A stretch of DNA of 39,604 nt from an uncultured Clostridia bacterium (GCA_964598465.1 CAZRCE010000001.1:1-39604), one strand, 5' to 3'. Shown: positions 13,491 to 23,212, counted from the first letter of the stretch. Notes: generated by a model not told the origin, from the sequence alone. Numbers and translations are program-made.

Positions 13491-14815
13491 TTAACCAACC
13501 TTTGAGGAACTACGTCGTTGCGGACGAGGTCCTCGTAAGTCTGCTTCTTTATAATAGTTTCCGCTTTTCCGTCTTTTACGAGAACGGACTGAGGAATTAA
13601 ATTTCTGTTGTAATTGCTCGCCATCGAGTAATGATACGCGCCCGTCGTGAGCACGGCGATGATATCCCCGCTCTCGACTTCGGGAAGCGCCACGTCAACG
13701 GCGATTATATCCCCGCTCTCGCAGCATTTGCCGGCAATCGTTACTTTTTGCGTGCATTCGCCGTTCACGTCGGAGGCTTTGACAACGGTGTATTTAGACT
13801 GATACAGCGCGTAGCGCGGGTTTTCGAACATACCGCCGTCCACCGCCACGTATTTTTTTACCGCGGGAATATCTTTGATTGCGCCGACGGTGTAAAGCGT
13901 AATACCCGCCTCGCCTACAATCGAGCGCCCCGGTTCGAGCGCGATAAACGGCAAAGAAAGTCCGTGTTCCGAAGCTTTTTTCTTTACTTCGGCAATAAGC
14001 GCGCCGAGATGCTCCGCGTAGTCGCTTTCTTTGAGCTTAGGGTCGTCGTCGGTGTAGTACACGCCGAAGCCGCCGCCCATATTGAGCGTTTCGGGCTCGA
14101 AACCCGTATCTTTCTTGATTTTCGCGGCAAAATCCATAAGCTTACCGACCGCGAGCACGAAGGACTGTTTTTCGAAAATCTGCGAACCGATATGGCAATG
14201 GAAGCCCTTCAATTTAAGATTTTCAAGGCTTAAAACGTGCTTTATAATCTCGCTTGCCGTGCCGTCGGATAAGGAAAAGCCGAATTTACTGTCCGTTCTC
14301 GCCGTCTGCACGAAAGCGTGCGTATGCGCCTCCACTCCGGGATTAAGCCTTACGAGAACGCTTTGCTTTATTTTCTTTTCCGCCGCAAGTCCGTTTAATA
14401 TCTCGGCTTCGCGGAAGGAATCCACTACTATCGTGCCAACGCCGCTATCGACGGCGAATTTAAGCTCCTCGTACAGCTTGTTGTTGCCGTGCATATAAAT
14501 TTTTTCGGCGGGAAAACCGACCGAAAGCGCGGTATAAAGCTCGCCGCCCGAAACGACGTCTATTCCCGCCCCTTCCTCGTCGGCGATGCGGTAAACCGCC
14601 TTGCAAGAAAAGGCCTTTGAAGCGTAAAGAACGATACCGTTACCGCCGTATTCCCTTTTAAGGGTATCGCGGTAAACGCGTATCATTTTTCTGATATACG
14701 CTTCGTCGAAAACGTAAAGCGGCGTGCCGAACTGCTCGGCAAGATTTAAAACGTCGCACCCTCCGATTTCAAGGTGTCCAGCTTCGTTGACCTTAAGCGT
14801 ATCTCTTTCGTTCAT
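13487..14815 (-). CDS. lysA: diaminopimelate decarboxylase
   Basis: YASKAF (PLP Lys), GGGFGV, EPGRSIV, CESGD. Confidence 0.95.
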   Translation of the reverse strand: MNERDTLKVNEAGHLEIGGCDVLNLAEQFGTPLYVFDEAYIRKMIRVYRDTLKREYGGNGIVLYASKAFSCKAVYRIADEEGAGIDVVSGGELYTALSVGFPAEKIYMHGNNKLYEELKFAVDSGVGTIVVDSFREAEILNGLAAEKKIKQSVLVRLNPGVEAHTHAFVQTARTDSKFGFSLSDGTASEIIKHVLSLENLKLKGFHCHIGSQIFEKQSFVLAVGKLMDFAAKIKKDTGFEPETLNMGGGFGVYYTDDDPKLKESDYAEHLGALIAEVKKKASEHGLSLPFIALEPGRSIVGEAGITLYTVGAIKDIPAVKKYVAVDGGMFENPRYALYQSKYTVVKASDVNGECTQKVTIAGKCCESGDIIAVDVALPEVESGDIIAVLTTGAYHYSMASNYNRNLIPQSVLVKDGKAETIIKKQTYEDLVRNDVVPQRLVK

Positions 14816-14823
14816 AATAAAAG

Positions 14824-14861
14824 CCTCTGCTAAAATAATATATTTTTATTTTAGCAGAGAC
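14824..14861 (-). terminator. AT-rich hairpin terminator after the dac gene
   Basis: TCTGCTAAAATAA..TTATTTTAGCAGA inverted repeat between 14904 and lysA. Confidence 0.5.
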
Positions 14862-14903
14862 CGTATAATTAGTCAATTATTTGAACGGACTATAAAAACT
14901 ATA

Positions 14904-16067
14904 TTATATAAACCAGTTTTCAGCTACCTCGCGAAGTCTGTCGCCGTAACCCGCTCTTTCCACGTCCTCGGAAGCGATTAGATTAACCGTGTCGTACAAA
15001 ATTCCGTCCTTGTACACTTCGATTTTTCCGACGAATTCGTCCTTTTTAACGGGCGCTTTCACCTGCTCGAAAATGGTATTCAAAGATATTTCGGGCGTTG
15101 CGTCCTTTGCGGAGAAAACGTAGCAGTTTCTTTCGGGACGAACGGCAAGTTCCTTCTTTTTGCCGCAAGTTACCGCAAATTTGTCGTTTAAGTTCACGTT
15201 TTTATCCAGAACTATCTTATTTTTGTAATTCGCAAACCCGTAATCGAACATCTGCATCGTGGATTTGAAGCGGTTATCGCTCGAATCCGCGCCTAAAACT
15301 ACTGAAACGAGCCTCAAATCGTCTTTAACTGCCGTCGCGGTAAGGCAGAAGCCTGCCTCGTTGGTGAAACCCGTCTTTCCGCCGTCGCAATATCCGTATT
15401 TTTTAATTAACTTGTTCGTATTCGTAATTGTGGTCGTTCTGTTGTCGGGATGAGAGAAATCCTCTAACCAGATTTTGCTGAATTCGAAATAGCTTTCGTG
15501 CGTAATCAGGTTGCGGAACATAACCGAAACGTCCTTTGCGCAGGAATACTGCGTTTCTTTAGGCAATCCCGTGCAGTTTGCAAACAGCGTGTCGTTACAG
15601 CCGAGAGCCGCCGCTCTTTCGTTCATTTTAGCTACGAAATTCTCCTCACTGCCGCAAATCTTTTCCGAAACGGCAACACAGCTGTCGTTTGCAGAGCATA
15701 CGACGATACTCTTTACGAGTTCGTGAAGCGGATAAGAAAGTCCGCTCTGCAAAAAAACCTGAGAGCCGCCCATTCCCGCCGCGCGGTCGCTGACCGTAAT
15801 CGTATCGTCGAGAGTAATTTTACCCTCATCTACCGCTTCGAGACACAAAGTAAGCGTCATGACCTTGCAAACGCTTGCAATGGGAAAGCGAGCGGTTTCG
15901 TTTTCTTTATAAATACATTCACCCGAAACGGCGTCGGCAAGATACGCGCTCTTGCAACCGTCGGTAAGCTTTAAAACGTCGGCGCTTGCGACGAGTTTCG
16001 TCTGCGCGCCTACACATCCTGCGGCGCATAACGACGCGGACAGTAAAACAGCCGATAATTTTTTCAT
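14904..16067 (-). CDS. D-alanyl-D-alanine carboxypeptidase (S11, DacA/DacF-like, with the C-terminal PBP5 domain)
   Basis: Signal peptide, SVCK, SAN and KTG motifs. Confidence 0.9.
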   Translation of the reverse strand: MKKLSAVLLSASLCAAGCVGAQTKLVASADVLKLTDGCKSAYLADAVSGECIYKENETARFPIASVCKVMTLTLCLEAVDEGKITLDDTITVSDRAAGMGGSQVFLQSGLSYPLHELVKSIVVCSANDSCVAVSEKICGSEENFVAKMNERAAALGCNDTLFANCTGLPKETQYSCAKDVSVMFRNLITHESYFEFSKIWLEDFSHPDNRTTTITNTNKLIKKYGYCDGGKTGFTNEAGFCLTATAVKDDLRLVSVVLGADSSDNRFKSTMQMFDYGFANYKNKIVLDKNVNLNDKFAVTCGKKKELAVRPERNCYVFSAKDATPEISLNTIFEQVKAPVKKDEFVGKIEVYKDGILYDTVNLIASEDVERAGYGDRLREVAENWFI

Positions 16068-16095
16068 ACGATTAATATGGGTATTAACCGAAAAA

Positions 16096-16638
16096 TTATA
16101 CGATAATGATAATAATACGGAAAAACACGTTATGAAATATCAAAAATACCAAACTTGCAATAAGCGAAATTACGAGCGGCAAGAAAAAAACGTACCTTCT
16201 GTTGCAGACTTTGCAGCTTTCCGCGATAAAATAGCATAATGCGAGCGATAAAAGCGAAGCCGGAATAAAAATAAGTAACGCAGCCAAAACACCGCCGAAA
16301 CCGCACAATGCAAACAGAATACACGCGTAAATCGTCATAAAAAGTCCGCGAATAAACAAAAATATAAGCGTCAGATACTTGAATTTCGTGCAGTAAGACA
16401 AAATAAGGAACAGATAAAGATAAAGTAAATCGGCAAAAAATCGCGCGAAGAATAATTCCGTATTTTTGAAGTTAAACACGAAAAATACGTAATTTTGAGC
16501 ATTTTCTATGAAATAAACGTTAATATTTGAGAATATGTAAAGTACTATGCCACATATAATAGAGGTTAAGACGACTATTCCGAAGCACAAAAGATACTTC
16601 AAATCCCACTGAATTTTCTTAAAATCAAAAATCCTCAT
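16096..16638 (-). CDS. spoIIM: polytopic membrane protein, SpoIIM-like (DUF95-type topology)
   Basis: Five or six TM segments, appropriate size and sporulation gene context. There is no diagnostic motif, so the call is tentative. Confidence 0.4.
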   Translation of the reverse strand: MRIFDFKKIQWDLKYLLCFGIVVLTSIICGIVLYIFSNINVYFIENAQNYVFFVFNFKNTELFFARFFADLLYLYLFLILSYCTKFKYLTLIFLFIRGLFMTIYACILFALCGFGGVLAALLIFIPASLLSLALCYFIAESCKVCNRRYVFFLPLVISLIASLVFLIFHNVFFRIIIIIV

Positions 16639-16658
16639 ATACAATTATATGAGGATTT
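16629..16658 (-). terminator. hairpin terminator after spoIVB; overlaps the SpoIIM-like start
   Basis: AAATCCTCATATA-caat-TATATGAGGATTT, followed on the minus strand by TTTGATTTT. Confidence 0.55.
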
Positions 16659-16663
16659 GTATT

Positions 16664-17683
16664 TTAATATGAACTTAACATTTTATCGATGCTTATTCCG
16701 TATCCCCTCGTCGGGTCGTTTACGAAAACGTGAGTTACCGCGCCGACGAGCTTTCCGTTTTGTACTATTGGGCTGCCGCTCATACCCTGAACTATTCCGC
16801 CGGATAAATCGAGCAGCGTTTTATCGTCGATTTTTATTACGAAATTTCTGTTGTCCTTATTGTTTTCATCAACCTTCACTATACTTATTTCGTATTTTTC
16901 GGCATTGTCACCGTGTAGCGTGGAATAAATTTCCGCTTTTCCTATCGTAACTTCACTTATTTCCGCCTTTTCTACTCTTTTAAGCTTGCCGAAATTGAAA
17001 TCGGAGGATAATTCGCCGAAAATACCGCAATTACAGTTCATCGATGCCTTACCTATCATATTGAAATTATCGAACGCGCCCTTCAACTCACCGGGATTTC
17101 CCCTAAGCCCCCGTTTTACGTCGTAAACGGCGCATCCGTAAATGCTTCCGCCGTTAATTTCGATAAGAGAACCGTCCTGCGCCGTTACCGGGTGACCGAG
17201 CGAGCCGAATTTTCTCGTCTTTGCGTCAACGTAGGTTACAGTACCTATCCCGTTTACGCTGTCTTTAACGAGCAGTCCCAAGCGCTTTTTGCCGCTGGAT
17301 TTGTCTATTGCGGGAGTAATTTGTGCGGTTTTGGTTTCTCCCTCGCTTTCGAAAGTAACCGAATACTGCCTGTAATCGTCCGCAATCGCCATAGTTAAAT
17401 CAGAGCTCGATTTAATGTCTTTGTCGTTTATCTTTCTTATAACGTCGCCCGCCTTTATTCCGCTGTTTCTCGCCGGGCAGGTCATACCGCCGTCCGTCAT
17501 TACTTCGCACAGCCCTACTACTTCGACCGTCGTCGTGTTAAGGACGAAACCTGCCGGAAATCCGCCGAGATAAAGTCCGTCGGAGGGTGCGGCGTATGCG
17601 TACGAAGGCGCGATACATAATATACATAATATTGCGGTAAGCGCCGTCAAAAAGAACTTTGTAAGCTTTTTTGTGTAAAACAT
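16664..17683 (-). CDS. spoIVB: SpoIVB signalling serine peptidase (S55)
   Basis: PDZ domain (GIKAGDVIRKINDKDI), FGSLGH, GMSGSPIV. Start taken at MFYTKK (ATG at 17683). Confidence 0.9.
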   Translation of the reverse strand: MFYTKKLTKFFLTALTAILCILCIAPSYAYAAPSDGLYLGGFPAGFVLNTTTVEVVGLCEVMTDGGMTCPARNSGIKAGDVIRKINDKDIKSSSDLTMAIADDYRQYSVTFESEGETKTAQITPAIDKSSGKKRLGLLVKDSVNGIGTVTYVDAKTRKFGSLGHPVTAQDGSLIEINGGSIYGCAVYDVKRGLRGNPGELKGAFDNFNMIGKASMNCNCGIFGELSSDFNFGKLKRVEKAEISEVTIGKAEIYSTLHGDNAEKYEISIVKVDENNKDNRNFVIKIDDKTLLDLSGGIVQGMSGSPIVQNGKLVGAVTHVFVNDPTRGYGISIDKMLSSY

Positions 17684-17688
17684 ACAAG

Positions 17689-17717
17689 TATTGTGCGCAG
17701 TTGAACGCAATATATGC
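17689..17717 (-). promoter_or_regulatory. possible forespore (sigma-F/G-type) promoter of spoIVB
   Basis: On the minus strand, GCATA-17 nt-CACAATA, ending 5 nt before the ATG at 17683. Consensus recalled as GnATA-17/18-CAnnnTA. Confidence 0.3.
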
Positions 17718-17719
17718 AA

Positions 17720-17745
17720 AAGAGCGGATATAAATCCGCCCTTAA
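17720..17745 (-). terminator. terminator after recN
   Basis: On the minus strand, GGGCGGAT-ttat-ATCCGCTC followed by TTTT. Confidence 0.5.
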
Positions 17746-19422
17746 TTAACTTTTAAATTGTGAGATAAGCTCGCTTGCGTGTTCACGCGCCGCCGCGGAA
17801 TTTACGCTTCCAGTAAGCCTCACGATTTCGTCTATTTTTTCTTCGTCCGTCAGCTTTTTTATATGCGTAACGGTCTTTCCCTTTTCGTCCTCTTTATAAA
17901 TAAGGAACTGATTATCGCTCGCTGCGCAGACTTGCGGCAAATGCGATACGGCGATAATCTGCGTTGACTTACTTACCGCTTTGAACTTTTCCGCAACGGA
18001 TTTTGCTGTATATCCGCTGATTCCCGCGTCGATTTCGTCGAATATGTAAGTTGAAATGCCGTTGAGCTCTTTAAGCTGAGTCTTTACCGCAAGCATAAAT
18101 CGGCTCATTTCGCCGCCGCTTATTACCTTGCTGAGAGGTTTTAACGGTTCGCCTTTATTTGCCGAGAAGGTGAATTTCAGCTCGTCAGAGCCGTTTTTAC
18201 CGTCAAGATTAGCCGTTTCAAAGTCATAATCGTTAAATTCAACCGCAAATTCGGCGTTTGGTATATTTAAAGTTTTAAGCTCTTTAATTACGTTTTTACT
18301 GAAAATTTCGCTTTGATTTTTGCGTAATTTAGTAAGTTTTTGGCAAATATCGTAAATTTTCTTATTAATTTTCGCCGTTTCTTTATTGAGCTTTTCTATT
18401 CTTTCCGTAGCGTTGGTTAAATCGTCGTATTCGGTTTCGGCTTTTTCGAGATAGGAAAGTATTTCCGCCTCGTTCGCGCCGTATTTTTTGCGCAACCCGT
18501 TAATTATAGCTATGCGCTCTTCCACTGCCGCAGCTTCCTGCTCGTCGAACGAAAGCTCGTCGGCAAAATCCTCCGCGGTTTCGCTTATATCCTCCGCTTC
18601 GACGCGTAAATTTTCAAGCCTTTCATATAATTCGGAATATTCACTCTTTATATCAGAAACCGACGAAAACTGCCTTACTGCCGTTGAAAGCGTATCAATA
18701 CAACCTCCGTCGTCGCTGAAACAGCACTTTATTGCGCCGAGCGCGGTTAAAATCTTCTCGGTATTGCGAATAAGATTTTGCTTTTCTTTCAACTCGTCGT
18801 ATTCGCCGACGCGGATATCCGCTTTTTTGATTTCGTTTATCTGATATTCGAGATAATCCTGCCTGTCCGCGCGCCGCCGTTCGTCGCCGCCGAGCATTTC
18901 TATATTGCGCTTTATTTCCTTTTTTTGGGCAATCAGTTCGCCTAGTTCGAGTTTAAGCGCAGGAATTTCGGGACATAAACCGTCGATTACCTTAATCTGA
19001 TTGCTCTCGTTCAAAAGGAAAAAGTGTTCGCTCTGTCCGTGGACGTCAACGAGATGCGAGGTTACGCTTTTAAGCATAGTTGCTGTTACGCCGTTCCCGT
19101 TTATCTTAATCGAGCTTTTCCCGTCCGAAGAAAATTTTCGCGTGATTACGACCTCTCCGTCCGTTTCTATATCCAACTCGTCGAGCGCTTTTTTTGCCTC
19201 GCTGTTTTCGTCGATAACGAATTCGGCTTTAACGACGGCTTCGCTTTCGCCGTACCGTATCATAGTTTTGTCGGCTTTCGAGCCTAAAACGAAATTGATA
19301 GAATCAAGAATAACGGACTTACCCGAGCCCGTTTCACCTGAGAGCACGTTAAATCCGTTACCGAAAACGATATCCGCTTCTTCAATCAACGCTATATTTT
19401 TTACGTAAAGTCGCGATAACAT
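17746..19422 (-). CDS. recN: DNA repair protein RecN
   Basis: GETGSGKS, coiled-coil middle, SGGEMSR signature, IFDEIDAG. Confidence 0.95.
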   Translation of the reverse strand: MLSRLYVKNIALIEEADIVFGNGFNVLSGETGSGKSVILDSINFVLGSKADKTMIRYGESEAVVKAEFVIDENSEAKKALDELDIETDGEVVITRKFSSDGKSSIKINGNGVTATMLKSVTSHLVDVHGQSEHFFLLNESNQIKVIDGLCPEIPALKLELGELIAQKKEIKRNIEMLGGDERRRADRQDYLEYQINEIKKADIRVGEYDELKEKQNLIRNTEKILTALGAIKCCFSDDGGCIDTLSTAVRQFSSVSDIKSEYSELYERLENLRVEAEDISETAEDFADELSFDEQEAAAVEERIAIINGLRKKYGANEAEILSYLEKAETEYDDLTNATERIEKLNKETAKINKKIYDICQKLTKLRKNQSEIFSKNVIKELKTLNIPNAEFAVEFNDYDFETANLDGKNGSDELKFTFSANKGEPLKPLSKVISGGEMSRFMLAVKTQLKELNGISTYIFDEIDAGISGYTAKSVAEKFKAVSKSTQIIAVSHLPQVCAASDNQFLIYKEDEKGKTVTHIKKLTDEEKIDEIVRLTGSVNSAAAREHASELISQFKS

Positions 19423-19878
19423 TTATTTTATAAATTCTTTAAGTCTATCTACGATTATAGGCGTATTCTCGTTGCTGCTTATAACGATAAGAACGGTATC
19501 GTCGCCCGCAACCGTGCCTATAACCTCGGGGAACTGCAACGAATCGACGAAAGTACCTGCCGTCGCGCCGTTGCCGCGCATCGTGCGGATAATAATTATG
19601 TTATTTGCATAATTTATCGTCTGAACGCATTCGCGGAAAAGCGTGCGCATTTTGCTGTTAATCGCTTCGCCCCTGCCCTCGATATAAGCGTACTTATACT
19701 TCTTCGTCGTTCCTTTGACCTTGTATAATTTCAAGTCTTTAATATCTCTCGAAATAGTAGCCTGCGTAACGTTGAAGTTAAGCTTATTAAGTTCGGCACA
19801 CAATTCTTCCTGAGTTTCTATGTCGTTCTTAGAAATAATTTCCAAAATTGTAGCTTGTCTTGCGTTTCTGTGCATCAT
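19423..19878 (-). CDS. argR: arginine repressor
   Basis: QATISRDIKDL, GTVAGDDTVLIV. Confidence 0.9.
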   Translation of the reverse strand: MMHRNARQATILEIISKNDIETQEELCAELNKLNFNVTQATISRDIKDLKLYKVKGTTKKYKYAYIEGRGEAINSKMRTLFRECVQTINYANNIIIIRTMRGNGATAGTFVDSLQFPEVIGTVAGDDTVLIVISSNENTPIIVDRLKEFIK

Positions 19879-20684
19879 TTACTCCACTTATTTAATTTCA
19901 GTTGTAATTTGCTGAAGAAATCAGCCTTTTCGTCGGTGACGAACCCTACGGCAAAATCTGCCTTGGTTACCTTGATTTTGCGGGATTTTGACACCGTTTC
20001 CACTGCTTTTCCGTCGATAATTACGTTCAAAGTCCCCTTTTCTTCGGAAGTGATAACCAAAGTAGAACCGTCGCTGTAAACTATCGGACGCGAATGCAGC
20101 GAATGGGCGCAAATCGGCGTGAGTGAAAACGCTTTGATGTCGGGCGTCATAATCGGGCCGCCGGCGGATAAGGAATATGCGGTCGAACCCGTAGGCGTGC
20201 TTACAATAAGACCGTCGCCTATAAAATTATCGACCACCGTACCGTCGATTTCGGCTTTTAAGCTTATGGTGTTTCTGAACGCACTGCCCGAAGTGCTGCG
20301 CTGGACTACGAGGTCGTTCAAAGCGTAAAAAATTTTGCCGTCGATTTCTACTTCGAGCAAGCACCGCCAAACGGTTTTGAAATTTCCGCCGCATAAAAGG
20401 TCGGCGGCGTATTCCGCCTTGTCCCTTTCGAATTCGGCCAAAAATCCGATATGTCCGTAATTGATGCCAATAATTTTTACGCCGCGCCGCGCGCATTCGG
20501 TAGCCATCATTAATATCGTGCCGTCGCCGCCGAAAACCATCAAAACGTCAAGTCCGTCAAGGTCGTCAACCGTTTCAACGCAGCTGCATTTTATTCCGTT
20601 ATCGCTGAATTTTGCCGTTACAAGCTCGATATAAGCGAGATTTTCGGATAAAAAGTTTGCGTTGTAATACAGACCGACTTTCAT
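19875..20684 (-). CDS. nadK: NAD kinase
   Basis: GGDGT, NYGHIGFL, STPTGSTAYSLSAGGP. Start taken at the ATG at 20684 (MKVGLYY). Confidence 0.9.
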   Translation of the reverse strand: MKVGLYYNANFLSENLAYIELVTAKFSDNGIKCSCVETVDDLDGLDVLMVFGGDGTILMMATECARRGVKIIGINYGHIGFLAEFERDKAEYAADLLCGGNFKTVWRCLLEVEIDGKIFYALNDLVVQRSTSGSAFRNTISLKAEIDGTVVDNFIGDGLIVSTPTGSTAYSLSAGGPIMTPDIKAFSLTPICAHSLHSRPIVYSDGSTLVITSEEKGTLNVIIDGKAVETVSKSRKIKVTKADFAVGFVTDEKADFFSKLQLKLNKWSK

Positions 20685-20691
20685 ATGAATA

Positions 20692-20720
20692 ATTATAACA
20701 TACAATATACAAATATGCAA
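20692..20720 (-). promoter_or_regulatory. sigma-A promoter placed for a leaderless nadK transcript
   Basis: On the minus strand, TTGCAT-17 nt-TATAAT-7 nt-ATG. The TTG of the longer listed ORF is the -35 hexamer. Confidence 0.5.
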
Positions 20721-20737
20721 GATATTAGCGGGTAATT

Positions 20738-21490
20738 TTATAAAATTACCCGCTTTATGAGTTTATGCGCATCGATTGAGCTGTTATTTTTTGTTAATAA
20801 AACTAAATATTCCTTGTTTTTTCCCTCGTTTATTGGCGCGTTGGTAAGATTTTCCACCGAAAGTCCGTTCTCGGCGGCAAAGTCGCAAATCTTTTTTATT
20901 GCCGCCTTATGCAGAGCCTGGTCTTTCACAATCCCGCGCTTGCCTATCTGTTTCCTTTCGCATTCGAACTGCGGTTTGATAAGCGCGATTATAAATCCGT
21001 CGTCCGCAATCGAATCGGCTACCTGTTTTAGAATATAAGTCAGCGAAATAAAGCTTACGTCAATCACCGCGCCGTAGGGAATTTCGTCGAAATTATCTTT
21101 CGATAAATTTCTGGCGTTGAAGTTATCCATAATTACGACGCGCTCGCCTTTAAGCGAATCGTCGAGCTGACTTTCCCCGACGTCTATGCAATAAACCTTT
21201 TTTGCGCCGTTTTTTAAAAGGCAATCGGTAAAGCCGCCGTTGCTCGCGCCGACGTCCGCAAAAATTTTATCTTTTACGGAAAGGTTGAAATCTTTAAGTG
21301 CTTTCGCGAGCTTATAGCCGCCGTTCGAAACGAAGCTCTCCCTTTCGAGAAATTCAATTTCGTCGTTTTCCGTAACATCGAAGGACGGATTTACCCGTTT
21401 TCCGTTTACCGTAACCGCGCCTTTTGCAATCGCTTCCGCCGCCTTCGTTCTCGAACCGAATTTTTCGGCAAGGTATTTATCTAACCGCAT
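20738..21490 (-). CDS. tlyA: TlyA-family rRNA 2'-O-methyltransferase (hemolysin A)
   Basis: S4 domain plus DVGASNGGFTD. Confidence 0.9.
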   Translation of the reverse strand: MRLDKYLAEKFGSRTKAAEAIAKGAVTVNGKRVNPSFDVTENDEIEFLERESFVSNGGYKLAKALKDFNLSVKDKIFADVGASNGGFTDCLLKNGAKKVYCIDVGESQLDDSLKGERVVIMDNFNARNLSKDNFDEIPYGAVIDVSFISLTYILKQVADSIADDGFIIALIKPQFECERKQIGKRGIVKDQALHKAAIKKICDFAAENGLSVENLTNAPINEGKNKEYLVLLTKNNSSIDAHKLIKRVIL

Positions 21491-23210
21491 TTTTAATTAT
21501 ATAATCGTACACCGCTTTCTGCGAAACGCCCGCGTCTTCCATAAGCGACTGAACGCCGCCCTGCGGAATGAACTCGTCTTTGTACGCAAAATTTTTAACT
21601 ATTTTATCGCTTTCGCTGAAATATCCGTCAACTAGCGAGCCGAAACCGCCGCAAAGCATATTGTCTTCCATAGTGATGACGAACTTTTCGGTAAGACTTT
21701 CAAGAAGCTTTTTGTCGAGCGGCTTAACTACCCTCGCGTTGACGAGCGAAACGGGGATATTTTTCTTTTTAAGATTTTCGCACACCGCGTACGCTATCCT
21801 TATCATTCTTTCGCCGCAAGCAAGTATAACGAAATCACCTTTTACGGAAATAAGCCTTTCCCATTCGGTTAAAGGGTTTTCGCATTTCGTCGCAAAAACG
21901 CTGTTACCCTCTCTCGGATACCTGATTGCGAGCGGATAACCGAAGTTTGTGCTGTCTTTAAGCATCTGCCTAAATTCTTCCGTATCCTTAGGCACTGCCA
22001 CGGTAAGATTTGGCGCGAAACTCAAAAAGGACAAATCGAACACACCCTGATGGGTTTCTCCGTCCGCGCCCGATATACCCGCGCGGTCCACGCACAGCGT
22101 AACGGGCAAATTCTGACTGCAAATATCAATCAGTATTTCATCGAACGAGCGCTGCAAAAAGGTCGAATAAACGGCGTAATATGGCTTTAAGTCCTGCGTT
22201 GCAAGAGATGCGCACAAAATCGTCGCGTGTTCTTCGCAGATGCCGACGTCTATCGCCCTGTCGGGGAATTTTTCGAAAAATCCACCCAAACCTAAACTGG
22301 GCGTCATAGCCGCGGTTACGGCGACTATTTTGCCGTCGCTTTCCGCAAGATTAGAGAGCGTATCACCCAAAACGGTCGAATACTCTACGCTGATATCTCT
22401 CCCAACCGAAGGAACGCCGTGCGTGCTAACAGGGTCGTCCTCGCTGAATTGATAGCCCTTCCCCTTTTTCGTGTAGATATGTAATATGACGGACTGCGTT
22501 TTAAGCTTCTCTTTTACTTCTTTAAGCTTTTCAATCATTCCCGCGAGGTCGTTTCCGTCGTGAACGCCGTCGTAGCCGAACCCGAATTTTTCGAAAATAT
22601 TAGCGTGGCGCTGTTTTTTTGCGTTGTGAGCCTCGTCCTTTCCGAGCAATTCGAGATATTCGTGCATACTGCCGACGGTCGGCGTGATGGACATTCCGTT
22701 ATCGTTCAGTATGACGAGAATATTCGTATTGAGCGGGCGCAGACTGTTAAAAGCTTCATAGACCAGCCCGTTATTGAACGAACCGTCGCCGATTACGGCG
22801 ATAACGTTAAAATTTTCGCCCTTGATATCGCGTGCCTTAGCTATTCCGAGCGCCGCGGAAATCGAAGTGCCGGCGTGCCCCGTATTGTAGCAGTCGTATT
22901 CGCTTTCTTCCCGTTTTGGGAAGCCGGAAAGTCCGCCTTTCTTTCTTATGGTGGAAAATCTGTCGGCTCTGCCAGAGAGCAGTTTATGGGAATAGCATTG
23001 ATGTCCGACGTCGAAAATAACCTTGTCCTTTGGAAAATCGAAAACGTAATGCAAAGCGACGGTCAGCTCTACCATTCCGAGATTGGACGAAAGGTGACCG
23101 CCGTTATTCATAACGGTTTCTATTATGATTTCACGCAGTTCGTCGCAAAGCGCTTCGAGCTGAGGTAAATCCATTTTCTTTAATTGTGCGCTCGTTATAT
23201 TTTCGGTCAT
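21477..23210 (-). CDS. dxs: 1-deoxy-D-xylulose-5-phosphate synthase
   Basis: GGHLSSNLGMVELT, DVGHQCYSHK, GDGS..NDN thiamine-diphosphate motif. Confidence 0.95.
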   Translation of the reverse strand: MTENITSAQLKKMDLPQLEALCDELREIIIETVMNNGGHLSSNLGMVELTVALHYVFDFPKDKVIFDVGHQCYSHKLLSGRADRFSTIRKKGGLSGFPKREESEYDCYNTGHAGTSISAALGIAKARDIKGENFNVIAVIGDGSFNNGLVYEAFNSLRPLNTNILVILNDNGMSITPTVGSMHEYLELLGKDEAHNAKKQRHANIFEKFGFGYDGVHDGNDLAGMIEKLKEVKEKLKTQSVILHIYTKKGKGYQFSEDDPVSTHGVPSVGRDISVEYSTVLGDTLSNLAESDGKIVAVTAAMTPSLGLGGFFEKFPDRAIDVGICEEHATILCASLATQDLKPYYAVYSTFLQRSFDEILIDICSQNLPVTLCVDRAGISGADGETHQGVFDLSFLSFAPNLTVAVPKDTEEFRQMLKDSTNFGYPLAIRYPREGNSVFATKCENPLTEWERLISVKGDFVILACGERMIRIAYAVCENLKKKNIPVSLVNARVVKPLDKKLLESLTEKFVITMEDNMLCGGFGSLVDGYFSESDKIVKNFAYKDEFIPQGGVQSLMEDAGVSQKAVYDYIIKNAVR

Positions 23211-23212
23211 AA

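Noticed and set aside
14816-14903. Lysine riboswitch (L-box) upstream of lysA
   Set aside because: The intergenic space is only 88 bp, and most of it is the AT-rich terminator hairpin of the upstream gene. That is too short for an L-box, which is roughly 180 nt as I recall.
22560-23168. 202-aa + strand ORF inside dxs
   Set aside because: Antisense shadow of dxs with no motif or RBS. The same applies to the other listed antisense ORFs, for example 7905-8438, 13631-14233, 15498-15974, 24373-24918, 32426-33121 and 37145-37444.
21477-23210. Dxs as truncated or a pseudogene, since 577 aa is shorter than the usual ~620 aa
   Set aside because: The reading frame is intact. N-terminal, thiamine-diphosphate and C-terminal motifs are all present, and the gene is coupled to its neighbours. 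The difference is most likely a shorter linker.
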